From NCBI GenBank assembly GCA_965223545.1, contig OZ245006.1, positions 7,328,001 through 7,392,000 of the forward strand: a DNA stretch of 64,000 nt, given 5' to 3'. The stretch is from Planctomycetota bacterium (GTDB lineage Bacteria; Planctomycetota; UBA1135; UBA2386). Made by a program: the position numbers and the translations under genes. This document shows positions 18,101 to 27,486 of the stretch, piece after piece. Positions within the stretch are counted from its first letter, which is position 1. Every line of letters begins with the position of its first letter. The notes under the pieces were generated by a model. That model was not told the DNA's origin, did no database searches, and saw only the letters and a program-made list of their open reading frames with translations.

Positions 18101-20598
18101 TCGGTCGCGCGCTCGTCCTCGGACAGCTTCTCGGCATCGTGTTGGTGGCGTCGGCCTTCCGGCGCTTCTCCGATCTCGGAGACACAGTGCCAGCGATGGC
18201 ACTGTGGGTCGCCATGGCGGTGGGCTTGCTGCTGTTCGCCGCGTGTGCCCGCTCGATCGACGATGGCTTGCCGCCGGCAAAGGCTGGTGCTTGGCCGATC
18301 GCACTCGGGGCCGCGCTGGCCCTGAGCATTCCCTCACCGACGGTTGTCTGCCTGTGCGTCGGAGCGGGCGCGGTTTTCGTCGGTTCGGTGAGCAGGACCG
18401 ACTGGCTGGTCCGAACGGGTCTTCAGGCGCTGCTCTGCCTGCTCGCGGTCACCGCGGCGATACACCTGATCGACCTGTTCGCGCTGCAACGCCCCGAGCT
18501 ACCGTGGGTGGCTCGGTGGGTGGCGGGGATCGGTGAGTTGCTCGGCTGGGAGTCCGCTGCAGGAGTGGACCGGGTATTGATCGAGGGACCGCGCAGCGAG
18601 TTGGCCTTTCGCGCCTCGCCGACGACGCTGGGGTTATCGGTACACGTGGCCGTCGTCGTGACGTGGGGTGCTCTCCGGTGGGCCGGAGGGGTCTCGGCCC
18701 CGGGGTGGTTGTCTCTCGCGCTGTACCTGCCGCTCGTGTTGATTACGCGGTTGGCACTCGTCGTCGCCGCGGGCTTGGTCGGCGAGCACGTGGCGGACTA
18801 CGATGTGCCAGACTTCGATCTGTCGCCCATGTTGGACTGGCGCTACGGCCTCGTGATCGACGCGGCTGCGGCGACGGGTGTCGGCTGGCTCCTGTTCCGC
18901 ACGACTGAGTCGACGCCAGTAGCCAGATCCGCGTCATCCCTTGTACTGCTCGCGGCGTTGTGCGTTGGGGTGTCGTGGTCGACCGATCGCATTCTCGATG
19001 CGTCTCCCGACCCCAAGGCGGGACGCATCGCCATTGATGAACGACATTCGCGGTGGGAGTCGTCGGATCTTCCATTGGGACGCGCCTACTACGGGCAGGA
19101 GTCCGGCTACAACTTTCGCGGTTTGGCGGATTGGCTCGAGAGCCGCTTTGGCCAGATCCGCCGGATCTACGATCCTCTGACGGAGGATGTGCTTGGGCAG
19201 GTCGATGTCCTGATCATCAAGACCCCTACGGAGCACTACACCACGGACGAACTCGCGACGCTCGACGCGTTCGTACAACGCGGCGGGGGCCTGGTCCTCA
19301 TCGGCGACCACACCAACGTCTACGGCACCAGCGAGGTACTGAACTCCATAGCGCACCGATACGGTGTGGACTTCCAGTACGACTGCTGCTTCGACCACCG
19401 CAATCGGTTCGAGTACTGCTACTGGACCGAACCGCAGGTCCGAGGCCACCCCGTGGTTCGCGGCGTCGAGAGCCTGTTGTTCGAGGTCGGCTGCACTCTC
19501 GACCTCAACTCGCTGCGCGCCCGGCCGTTGATCGTGGGGCGCGCTCTCAAGAGTCAGGAGATCGACTACAACGTCGAGAACTTCTACCCCAGCCCGAGGG
19601 ACTCGAGTGACCAGGCATGCGGCCAGTTCGCTCTCGTCGTTGCTTGTGTGCGGGGCACCGGTCGTGTGGTAATGATTGCCGATAGCACGCTGTTCTCGAC
19701 GTTCTCGGTTTTCATGCCAGGGCGCAGGGAACTGGTCGAAGGCGCAGTCGAGTACGTCAATCACCGCGACGTTGGGGAAGGCGTGCGATCGCCGTTGTAC
19801 CGTCTGAGTTGGGTCATCACGCTGTTGCTCGGTTTGCTAGTGCGGCGCCGGGGGTTAGTGACCCTCGTTGCGGTCGGTGCGATGGCATGGGGCGCTTCGC
19901 AGGCGAGCTGTGCGGCCGCCGATCGCTGGCTGTATCCGGGCCCCGACCAGCCCCCGCACGAGCAGGTCGCCCGCAATGTGACCTTCGTTTGGGAAGACGG
20001 TTGGGTCGATTGGGGGGCTCACGGATTCCGCACAGATTTTCAACGGGCCTACGCCTTGTTCTTTCAGTTCGTGGTGCGCAGTGGCGGATTCCCCCGGCTG
20101 CTGCGCGATCGCCAGGCCGCACTCGACAGCGGCGGGCCGGTGCTGTGGTTCAATCCCGGTCCGGTGGCGCCAATTGTCGCCGAGCAAACAGCGGACTTCG
20201 TGCGCGGCGGAGGGACGCTGTTCCTGCTGGAGTCCGCGCCCAACGCGGCGGTCACGGCGATTGCGCGCGAGGCGGGAATCGAGATTTCCGCCGATCGCAA
20301 GCGCACCGGCCCACTCGACTCCGTCTACGGAGTGGTGCCGATTCCGGCAGGCACCGCCGGCTTTCGCTCGGTCACCGGCGGCGAGCCAATCCTCGTCGGC
20401 GAGGGCGATGGATCGCCTGTCCGAGTCCTGACCCGTCACGTCGTCGGCGACGGGCAACTGGTCCTTGTGACGTGCGGGGAGCTGTTCGCGGATGCCAACT
20501 ATGGGGGGCGCTACGGCGTGCTGCCAGAACCGGGACTCAGGCGCCTGTACGAGGTGCAGTTCGCAATGCTGGCTGCGGCCATCGACGGAGCCAAGTAA
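18097..20598 (+). CDS. Polytopic membrane protein with two DUF4350/GATase1-like domains (paralogous architecture)
   Basis: GTGA overlap; TM block; DVLIIKTPT...FVQRGGGLVLIGDHTN; GTGRVVMIADS; second copy FVRGGGTLFLLE...GDGQLVLV. Confidence 0.82.
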   Translation: MIGRALVLGQLLGIVLVASAFRRFSDLGDTVPAMALWVAMAVGLLLFAACARSIDDGLPPAKAGAWPIALGAALALSIPSPTVVCLCVGAGAVFVGSVSRTDWLVRTGLQALLCLLAVTAAIHLIDLFALQRPELPWVARWVAGIGELLGWESAAGVDRVLIEGPRSELAFRASPTTLGLSVHVAVVVTWGALRWAGGVSAPGWLSLALYLPLVLITRLALVVAAGLVGEHVADYDVPDFDLSPMLDWRYGLVIDAAAATGVGWLLFRTTESTPVARSASSLVLLAALCVGVSWSTDRILDASPDPKAGRIAIDERHSRWESSDLPLGRAYYGQESGYNFRGLADWLESRFGQIRRIYDPLTEDVLGQVDVLIIKTPTEHYTTDELATLDAFVQRGGGLVLIGDHTNVYGTSEVLNSIAHRYGVDFQYDCCFDHRNRFEYCYWTEPQVRGHPVVRGVESLLFEVGCTLDLNSLRARPLIVGRALKSQEIDYNVENFYPSPRDSSDQACGQFALVVACVRGTGRVVMIADSTLFSTFSVFMPGRRELVEGAVEYVNHRDVGEGVRSPLYRLSWVITLLLGLLVRRRGLVTLVAVGAMAWGASQASCAAADRWLYPGPDQPPHEQVARNVTFVWEDGWVDWGAHGFRTDFQRAYALFFQFVVRSGGFPRLLRDRQAALDSGGPVLWFNPGPVAPIVAEQTADFVRGGGTLFLLESAPNAAVTAIAREAGIEISADRKRTGPLDSVYGVVPIPAGTAGFRSVTGGEPILVGEGDGSPVRVLTRHVVGDGQLVLVTCGELFADANYGGRYGVLPEPGLRRLYEVQFAMLAAAIDGAK

Positions 20599-20729
20599 TC
20601 GAGACCCGTCGCTCGCCGGTCTTGAGCGCACGTCGTCGAGGACCCGAAGGCGGGCTTGTTTGCATCGGCGGCGCTGTCCGACCCGCGACCGCCGGATTCC
20701 GTTGTCGAGATCACGTCGACCAAGAGGCC

Positions 20730-22116
20730 TTGTCTCTCCGAGCGTACTGGAGCCAGGTCCTCGGACAGTTCGCGGTCGCCTTCGAAGCCGCGCCCACGCT
20801 CTCTGGCTCTGATCCTTACGGCTGCTTCAAAACTGCAGCCCTTCCGTGGGCCTGGCTAGCTGAGAGACGCTGACCGAGACGTAACCGGAGCCCTCTTTCG
20901 AGTCACTGGAAGTGACGCAGGGCCAACTGCGCAACGGTGCCCTTTTGGTCCCCCCCGCGTTGTGTCTCGGAGGTCGCCGATGTTCGTTCCCCCGCGTTGC
21001 CCCAACTCAGCTTGCCCGCACAACCGCAGCCCGCGGCCCGGCTTCTTCGTACGCCGTGGCTACTACTACCCCAAGTGCCGCGCCCAAGGCGTGCCGCGCT
21101 TCCGCTGCCGCCATTGCCGGCAGGGCTTCTCGCGGCAGACGTTCCGCATGGATTACCTCGACCACAAGCCCGACCGCAACGCCTGGATCGTCATGTTGCT
21201 CTGCTCTGGCCTGGGCCTGCGACAGACCGCACGCCTGGCCGGGCTCACGGCCCGCAACACCGAGATGAAGTTCCGCAAGATCGGTCGTCACGTCCGCCGC
21301 CTGAACAACAACTTACGGGGCGACCTCCCGGTCGGCTCGAGCTTGCAGTTCGACGAACTCGAGAGCTACGAGGGCCGCCGCAACACGCGGCCCCTGACGC
21401 TGCCTGTCCTGATCGAGCGCGGGAGCCGCTTCATCCTCGCAGCGCGGTCGGCCCCGATCCGCCCCGGTGGCCCCAAACCGGCTGCGCGCCGGCGAGCGAT
21501 AGAGGCCGACGCGCGGCGGTTTGGCCGGCGGCCGTCGCGGTCGCGCGCGGCAACGCGCAATGCGCTGTGCCGGGGCGCGCGCGCTTGCACTCGGTTGACC
21601 ACCGTGTTGCTCGAAACGGACGAGAAAACGACCTACTCAGGACTCGCGAGGGGCATTTTCGGCGCGCGGCTCGAGCACCGGCGAACACCAAGCACGCTGC
21701 CGCGCGAGACCTGGAACCCGCTGTTCGCGATCAACCATACCGAGGCAATGGCGCGCGACCTCAACGGTCGTCTGCGGCGCGAGTCCTGGCTGGTCAGCAA
21801 GAAGCGCTGTTTCCTCAACCTGCAGCTGCACATCTACATCGCGTACCGCAACTTCACGCGACCGCGCTTCAACTTCGACCGAGACACGCCGGCGATGCTG
21901 GTTGGCTGGCTGCCCCAGAAGTTGCGGCTGAACCAGGTGCTATCCTGGCGCCAGGACTGGGGCACGCGCAGCGGCCATCCGCTGGATCGAAACGCAAAAC
22001 CGATCGAGAACTTCCTGAAGAGCTCTGCCTGAGTTTCTTGCGGCCGTGCCGGACCACGGAAGGGCTGCAGTTCGGGCTGCTTCAGATACGACCTACACAG
22101 TTCAAGCGGACACTCT
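20730..22116 (+). mobile_element. IS1/IS1595-like element (outer ends approximate)
   Basis: Perfect 19-bp inverted repeat AACTGCAGCCCTTCCGTGG at 20831-20849 and 22054-22072 flanks the transposase. Outer TGTC-type motifs near 20731 and 22112. Confidence 0.6.
20980..22032 (+). CDS. IS1/IS1595-like transposase (Zn finger, HTH, DDE-type core)
   Basis: GGAGG RBS; CPNSAC...RFRCRHC, SGLGLRQTAR, QFDELESY, ETDE, INHTEAMARDLNGRLRRES. Confidence 0.85.
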   Translation: MFVPPRCPNSACPHNRSPRPGFFVRRGYYYPKCRAQGVPRFRCRHCRQGFSRQTFRMDYLDHKPDRNAWIVMLLCSGLGLRQTARLAGLTARNTEMKFRKIGRHVRRLNNNLRGDLPVGSSLQFDELESYEGRRNTRPLTLPVLIERGSRFILAARSAPIRPGGPKPAARRRAIEADARRFGRRPSRSRAATRNALCRGARACTRLTTVLLETDEKTTYSGLARGIFGARLEHRRTPSTLPRETWNPLFAINHTEAMARDLNGRLRRESWLVSKKRCFLNLQLHIYIAYRNFTRPRFNFDRDTPAMLVGWLPQKLRLNQVLSWRQDWGTRSGHPLDRNAKPIENFLKSSA

Positions 22117-22131
22117 ATGCCCGCGAAGTCA

Positions 22132-24930
22132 TCACCGGGCCAGCAAACGACCAGCCGAAACCACCGCCGCGACGCGTCGCGTGGCGCGGATGTCGTCGAG
22201 TGGATTGGCTTCCAGCAGCACCAGGTCGGCGCGCGCTCCGCGGCGCACGACACCCGTGTCCTCCAAGCCCAGCCACCGGGCCGGCAGCACGGTGGCCGCG
22301 CGTAGCGCCTCGAGCGGCGCCGCGCCGCCGCGCACCATGAACTCCATCTCCCAGTGTGTCGAAGGTCCGACTAAGGCGTTGCCCAGACTGCAGTCGGATC
22401 CGACCACTACCGTGACCCCTCCGCGTGCAGCGCGCGCGACGTCGCGCGCGCGCGAACGCACCAGCCGCTCGAGGTTGGCGTCGCTCATCGGTCCGACCTT
22501 CGGGCGCGCGGACCACAGCCGGAGGCTGACCGGGTCCACCGTCGCGCGAAACAGTGGCTCCTCGAACTCGGCACGCTCGCGCCGCCGCTTGACGTCGCCC
22601 GCGCCTCGCACCGACAGGGTCGGACACCACGCCACGCCGCTGTGTCGCAGGAGCTCGAGCACGTCACCGTGCAGTGCAGGCAGCTCCTCCGGCCAGTGCT
22701 CGAGACAGCCGGCTCCGTCGACGACAGCGGTGACCAGCTCACGCAACGATGAGACGTGCATCGTCGTGGAGACTTGCAGCGCACGGGCGCGAGCGAGAAC
22801 GACCCGTTGCAGGGACCGGGGCAACGTCGGGTACAGCTTCACCGTGTCGACGCCATCGCGGGCGCGGCGCTCGATGAGCGCGGTTGCCTCCTCCGGGCTC
22901 TCGATGATGTGGAACGCGTTGCCCCACGCCGGACGGGCTCCCTCGAAGATCTCCCCAGCCGAAACGTGGCGCGGGCCGAGCAGCTCACCCCGCGCGATCA
23001 GCTCGAGCTCGGTGAGCTGCCACGGCCAGACCGACCCGAGCTGGCGGACCGTCGTGACGCCCCACGCCAACATCTGCTTCCCCGACACCGCCACCTGGTG
23101 CACGTGCAGATCGAGCAAGCCCGGGATCAAGTAGAGACCACGCGCATCGATGCGCTGCACGTCGACGGCAAGGGGCTCGTCGCGATTTTCGATCGCCTCG
23201 ATGCGACCATTGGCGAGTCTCACGCGGCGATCGCGTAGCAGTTCGCCGCTCTCGACGTCGACCACGTGACATCCGTCGAGGACGAGCGGCGGTGGCGTCG
23301 CGGGAGGGTGCACCCGCGGTTTGAGCTCGAGCGTCCTGCGCGCTTCTCCCGTGTCACAGTCGAACACGTGCACCGCCAACCCGGCGGCGACCCACAGCTC
23401 CTTCGAGTCCGCGGAGAACGCCAGACTGTGCGCGCCGGTCGGCCCGACGGCGTGCAGATCATTGTCGCGCAGGGACCCCTCGCCACGCTCGGCGAGATGG
23501 GCACGGCCATCGCGCAACACGGCGAGCCACGCACCATCGCGTGACCCTACGACGAGGTGCGGTGGACGCCGAAACTCGGACAGGGCGCGAGGCTCCTCGG
23601 CAGCCGCGTTGATCGAGTAGATCTGTGGAACTCTCGTCCCGAGGCGCGCAGTCACCAGGATCTCGGTGCCGTCGCGTCCCCAGGACGGATGCGTGACCCA
23701 CGCGCCGCGCTGGCGGCGACCGCGCAGCACCGGTGTCCATTCGCTTCCGCGGGACCAGTCGGCGATCTGCGCGCCGGGGTTCGTCATGCCGATCGGATGC
23801 ACGACGCGCGCCCCGTCGGGTGCCAGCTCGAACAGGTCCACGAACTCGGTGGCGACGCGCAGGCCAAGTGCTTCGACCACCCCGCCGTCGGACTGCACTC
23901 GACACAGCTCGCCGTCCCTCGCGAAGTAGATCCACTCCCCTGCGGGGCCGAACTGTGGCATGCGATCGACCGCGGGGCCGGACGTGACGCGCACGGCCGC
24001 GCCGTCCACCGCTTGCCGCCAGACGTCACCGAGAACGGCGAAGACGACCGACTCACCTGACGGATCCGGATGGACGCGGTCGATCCCGCGCGGTGGGGCG
24101 GTGGGGTCGATTCCCCATCCGCGTCCGCGGACGGGCTTCGCGACGTCACTCGCGACCTCGACGCTCCAGTCGAGTCGCTGTGCCGCGCCGGTCTCCAGAT
24201 CCACGCGCACGATGGCGCCGGCCAGCGGAACGAACGCCGCGCGGTCCGATATCGCGGCGCGCGTGGTCCGGTCGGTCTCGCCGGTCCAGATCTGGTCGTC
24301 CAGCGATGCGAGCACGGACCCCGTCGAGAGATCGACGACGCGCACCCGCACTCGGTCGGGTTGGCGGTTCTTCCAGGGCCCACTCGTCGCGAGCACGGCC
24401 CACTGTCCGTCGGGTCCAACCCCCGCCCACTCGATGCGCTCGTCGCCTTCTGGTCGATGGTGCACGGAATAGTCCTCCCCCCGTAGGCGAACAATCGGAC
24501 GCTGGCGGTCGCGGCCATCGATGCCCAGGCGCGCACCATCACGTGCGAAGCGGAGAGTGCGGGCATGCATCGCGACATCGCCCTCGATGGTCTTCACGAC
24601 GCCGCTCGCGAGGTCCAGCTGACACAGGCGGTCTGCTCCCCCGTGACGGTCGCTCACGAACACCACGGCGTCCCCATCGCTCGCGGGGAGCGGGGCTCGG
24701 TCGTAGCCCGGTCCGCTGGTCAGGGCCCTTCCGTCACCGCCGCGCGCCGGTACCGCGACCAGATCGCCGAGCACCTGGAAGTACAGGGTTTCCCCGTCCG
24801 GCGAGATTGCCAGCGAGGGCTGGGTGACCTCGGTGACCGTGATCGTTTGGGCGGCCGTGTGCGGCGCCACTGCGGCGGCGAGCGTGGCGAGGGCGAGCGT
24901 AGACGGGAACTTGGGCATCGGCTTCTCCAT
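22132..24930 (-). CDS. Secreted amidohydrolase with TolB/PD40-like beta-propeller
   Basis: Signal peptide; SPDG and SDR repeats; metal-site motifs PGLLDLHVH, VKLY, LEH, GSD; GARADLVLLEANPL. Confidence 0.9.
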   Translation of the reverse strand: MEKPMPKFPSTLALATLAAAVAPHTAAQTITVTEVTQPSLAISPDGETLYFQVLGDLVAVPARGGDGRALTSGPGYDRAPLPASDGDAVVFVSDRHGGADRLCQLDLASGVVKTIEGDVAMHARTLRFARDGARLGIDGRDRQRPIVRLRGEDYSVHHRPEGDERIEWAGVGPDGQWAVLATSGPWKNRQPDRVRVRVVDLSTGSVLASLDDQIWTGETDRTTRAAISDRAAFVPLAGAIVRVDLETGAAQRLDWSVEVASDVAKPVRGRGWGIDPTAPPRGIDRVHPDPSGESVVFAVLGDVWRQAVDGAAVRVTSGPAVDRMPQFGPAGEWIYFARDGELCRVQSDGGVVEALGLRVATEFVDLFELAPDGARVVHPIGMTNPGAQIADWSRGSEWTPVLRGRRQRGAWVTHPSWGRDGTEILVTARLGTRVPQIYSINAAAEEPRALSEFRRPPHLVVGSRDGAWLAVLRDGRAHLAERGEGSLRDNDLHAVGPTGAHSLAFSADSKELWVAAGLAVHVFDCDTGEARRTLELKPRVHPPATPPPLVLDGCHVVDVESGELLRDRRVRLANGRIEAIENRDEPLAVDVQRIDARGLYLIPGLLDLHVHQVAVSGKQMLAWGVTTVRQLGSVWPWQLTELELIARGELLGPRHVSAGEIFEGARPAWGNAFHIIESPEEATALIERRARDGVDTVKLYPTLPRSLQRVVLARARALQVSTTMHVSSLRELVTAVVDGAGCLEHWPEELPALHGDVLELLRHSGVAWCPTLSVRGAGDVKRRRERAEFEEPLFRATVDPVSLRLWSARPKVGPMSDANLERLVRSRARDVARAARGGVTVVVGSDCSLGNALVGPSTHWEMEFMVRGGAAPLEALRAATVLPARWLGLEDTGVVRRGARADLVLLEANPLDDIRATRRVAAVVSAGRLLAR

Positions 24931-24962
24931 GCTCCGTCGTAGCCGAACTCTTTCTGGATTTG

Positions 24963-24976
24963 TTTAGTCGACTAAA
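24963..24976. promoter_or_regulatory. Probable TetR operator
   Basis: Perfect 14-bp palindrome TTTAGTCGACTAAA between divergent amidohydrolase and TetR genes. Confidence 0.75.
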
Positions 24977-24999
24977 GTTTTTGAGCGATACTGAGGCGC

Positions 25000-25695
25000 A
25001 TGGTGCCGACCCCGGCCAAGAAGCTCCCGACGAGTTGGGAGTCGCTACCCTTGCGCGCACGCAAGGCGGCCAAGACGCGCATCGGCTTGTTCGCCGCCGG
25101 GCGCGACGCGTGCGAGAAGCGCCGCTTCGCCGACATCAAGGTCGCCGAACTGTGCGAAGCCGTCGGCGTGACCGAGCCGACGTTCTACAAATACTTCCCG
25201 GAGAAGTCGGACTTGCTGGTGCTCGGCATCATGCTCTGGGGTGTCGAGACCGCGTGGAAGCTCTCGCGGCTGCCAAAGGCCAAGACTTCGCTGCAGAGAA
25301 TCGACTGGCTGTTCGCCGAATCTGCGCGCGGCTTCGTGTCGCGACCTGGCTTCACGCGCGAGATCCTCGCGCGCCAAGCCACCCGAGCCGGCCCGCCCAA
25401 GTTCCTCGAAGTGACGATCGCCGAGCGGCTGTACGCGTTCCCGGGACGCGAGGGTATCGAGCGTTTTCCCGGCTGCGGCATCGTGGCGTTGGTGACGCCG
25501 CTGGTCCGCACCGCGAAGCGTCGGGAGCTCTCGCCTTCCTCCCCGAGCGTCGACGTCCTCGTGCAGGCGCTGGTATCGATCTTTCTGGGCGTGCCGATCT
25601 TCACGTTGTGGGAGGATCCGAGCCTGGTGGGCCGCCGCTACCGTCAGCAGCTCAAGCTGCTGTGGCGCGGCGCCGGCGCCGCTCAGCACGCGTGA
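25000..25695 (+). CDS. TetR/AcrR family regulator
   Basis: FADIKVAELCEAVGVTEPTFYKYFPEKSDL. Confidence 0.93.
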   Translation: MVPTPAKKLPTSWESLPLRARKAAKTRIGLFAAGRDACEKRRFADIKVAELCEAVGVTEPTFYKYFPEKSDLLVLGIMLWGVETAWKLSRLPKAKTSLQRIDWLFAESARGFVSRPGFTREILARQATRAGPPKFLEVTIAERLYAFPGREGIERFPGCGIVALVTPLVRTAKRRELSPSSPSVDVLVQALVSIFLGVPIFTLWEDPSLVGRRYRQQLKLLWRGAGAAQHA

Positions 25696-25941
25696 GGCGA
25701 TTGTCCGTGCGCTCAGGACAAGCGGACAGCAGTGCGCGAGTCGCGGAGTTTGCCGGAAACCTCGAGACCGTGAAGGGTAGTGCGGCAACTGATACGTCGG
25801 TGGGCATTCGTCCCTGAACAGGCGGTGCCGCACGAAGATCTCGATGCCCGCGCTCCCTCCGCGGTGTAGTTGCCGTCTCACACGTCATGCCCTCTTGAGT
25901 TGGACGCCGTGCGGCGGACCAACCCTTGTCCCCTTCCCTCG

Positions 25942-27189
25942 ATGAAGACTCCCATGACCCTCCGCTGCCGACTTGGACCTCTGGCCATGCTCGCCGCTGT
26001 CGTCGTGCCGCTTGGACTGGCCCCAAGCCTCGCCGCCCAGCCGTTCCCCGCGGGATATCTCGACATGACGCTGCCGAACACCACCGGGGCAGGGTCGGTT
26101 CCGCTCGCGGTCCGAGCCTACTACCCCGCCCAATCCACGGGGGCGCAGTCGCCCCTGCGCAGTCAGGTCGGTGGCTATCCGGTGCTGGTCTTCCTCCACG
26201 GCCGCGGTTTCAACAACCGCAGCTACGAGATCGCCGGCGCCTATTTCGCCAGCCGTGGCTATGTCGTTGCACTGCCGACTTCGGGGGTATCGGCGCAACT
26301 CCAGTTCGACGACGCCATCGCAACCCATGCCGCCCTGGTCGCTGAGAACGTCCGCCCCGGCGCGTTCTTGTTCGGTGCACTCGATATGCAGCGGGTCGGG
26401 ATTTGCGGTCATTCCATGGGCGGCGGCAACGTCGTGCGCACGTTGGCATCAAACCCGGGCTTCCTCGCCGGCTGCTCGCTGGCGCCGTGGGATGTGGTGC
26501 GCAGCTACCCGCCAGCCTACTCCCACTTGGTGAAGGTGCCGCTGGCGATCGTCCACGGCGAGGGCGACCGCACCGTGGCCTGGCAAGTGAGTGCGCTCGA
26601 GTACTTCCAGCGCGCCCAAAGCCACACCGGCATCAAGTTGCTGTACCTGATGGACTCGAACTGCAACCATTTCAATTGCGCCGGCCTGAACCTGGTCAGC
26701 CAGGCCGACCGCGATGTTTGGGATCGTGCCGCCGCGCTCGCCGCTGGCTTCTTCGACCACTATCTCGGAGTCTCGAGCAGCGGTCTCGAAGACGTGCTTG
26801 GCCCGGTGCCGCAAGCCGACCCAAAGCTCAGCCAACTGATGATCGACGTCGAGGCGCCTGCGCTGTGGACCGCCGGTGCGCCGCGAATCGGCACCACCGT
26901 ATCGTTCGCCGTCGCCGCGGAGCCGGGGCCCGCGGCGTTGCTGGCCGCGGCGGGGCCCGCTGCGATATCGACGCCCTTCGGTCTGCTCGAGCTCGACCCG
27001 GCGACTCTCGCATTGGTCGCGGTCGGCGCCGCAGCGACGGCGGTGCCTCGGGACCACGTCTTCAGTGTCGCGGTTGCGATTCCAGCGTCGCCGAGCTTGA
27101 TCGGCGCCGCGGTGTCGCTCCAGGGGTTGGGTTCCGGGACCGCAGCAGTGCGACTCACGGGGTCGCTGGGAATGTTGATCGTGCCTTAG
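25942..27189 (+). CDS. Secreted alpha/beta hydrolase (dienelactone hydrolase/chlorophyllase/cutinase-like) with conserved C-terminal domain
   Basis: Signal peptide; FLHG, GHSMGGG, LAPW, HGEGD, CNH. Confidence 0.88.
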   Translation: MKTPMTLRCRLGPLAMLAAVVVPLGLAPSLAAQPFPAGYLDMTLPNTTGAGSVPLAVRAYYPAQSTGAQSPLRSQVGGYPVLVFLHGRGFNNRSYEIAGAYFASRGYVVALPTSGVSAQLQFDDAIATHAALVAENVRPGAFLFGALDMQRVGICGHSMGGGNVVRTLASNPGFLAGCSLAPWDVVRSYPPAYSHLVKVPLAIVHGEGDRTVAWQVSALEYFQRAQSHTGIKLLYLMDSNCNHFNCAGLNLVSQADRDVWDRAAALAAGFFDHYLGVSSSGLEDVLGPVPQADPKLSQLMIDVEAPALWTAGAPRIGTTVSFAVAAEPGPAALLAAAGPAAISTPFGLLELDPATLALVAVGAAATAVPRDHVFSVAVAIPASPSLIGAAVSLQGLGSGTAAVRLTGSLGMLIVP

Positions 27190-27296
27190 GGGGAGGCTCA
27201 GCGCGGCCGAGGCCGCAACCAAACACGGAGCGTTCCGCGACCCGAGCGTGGGGCGCGGGTCCCGCGGTCGCCGGCGGCCGCGCTGAGCCCGGAGGC

Positions 27297-27392
27297 ACTG
27301 TCTCTCCGAGCCTCCGGCGCCGCGGCGTTGTCGCCATGGCGGCGGCGTCGCTTCGAAAATGTTGTCGACGCTCGACGATTCGTGGCGCCGGA
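27297..27392 (-). repeat. 96-bp dispersed palindromic element, copy 2
   Basis: Inverted copy of 11669-11764. 12-bp stem GCCTCCGGCGCC (27310-27321) / GGCGCCGGAGGC (27384-27395). Confidence 0.85.
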
Positions 27393-27486
27393 GGCCCATC
27401 AGCGACAAAGAGGCAAGACGCCGTGGCGGGCGCTCTAGCCCCGCTGCCGACTGCCGTGGGGGGGCGGCGGCGTATTCTCCGGTGCC

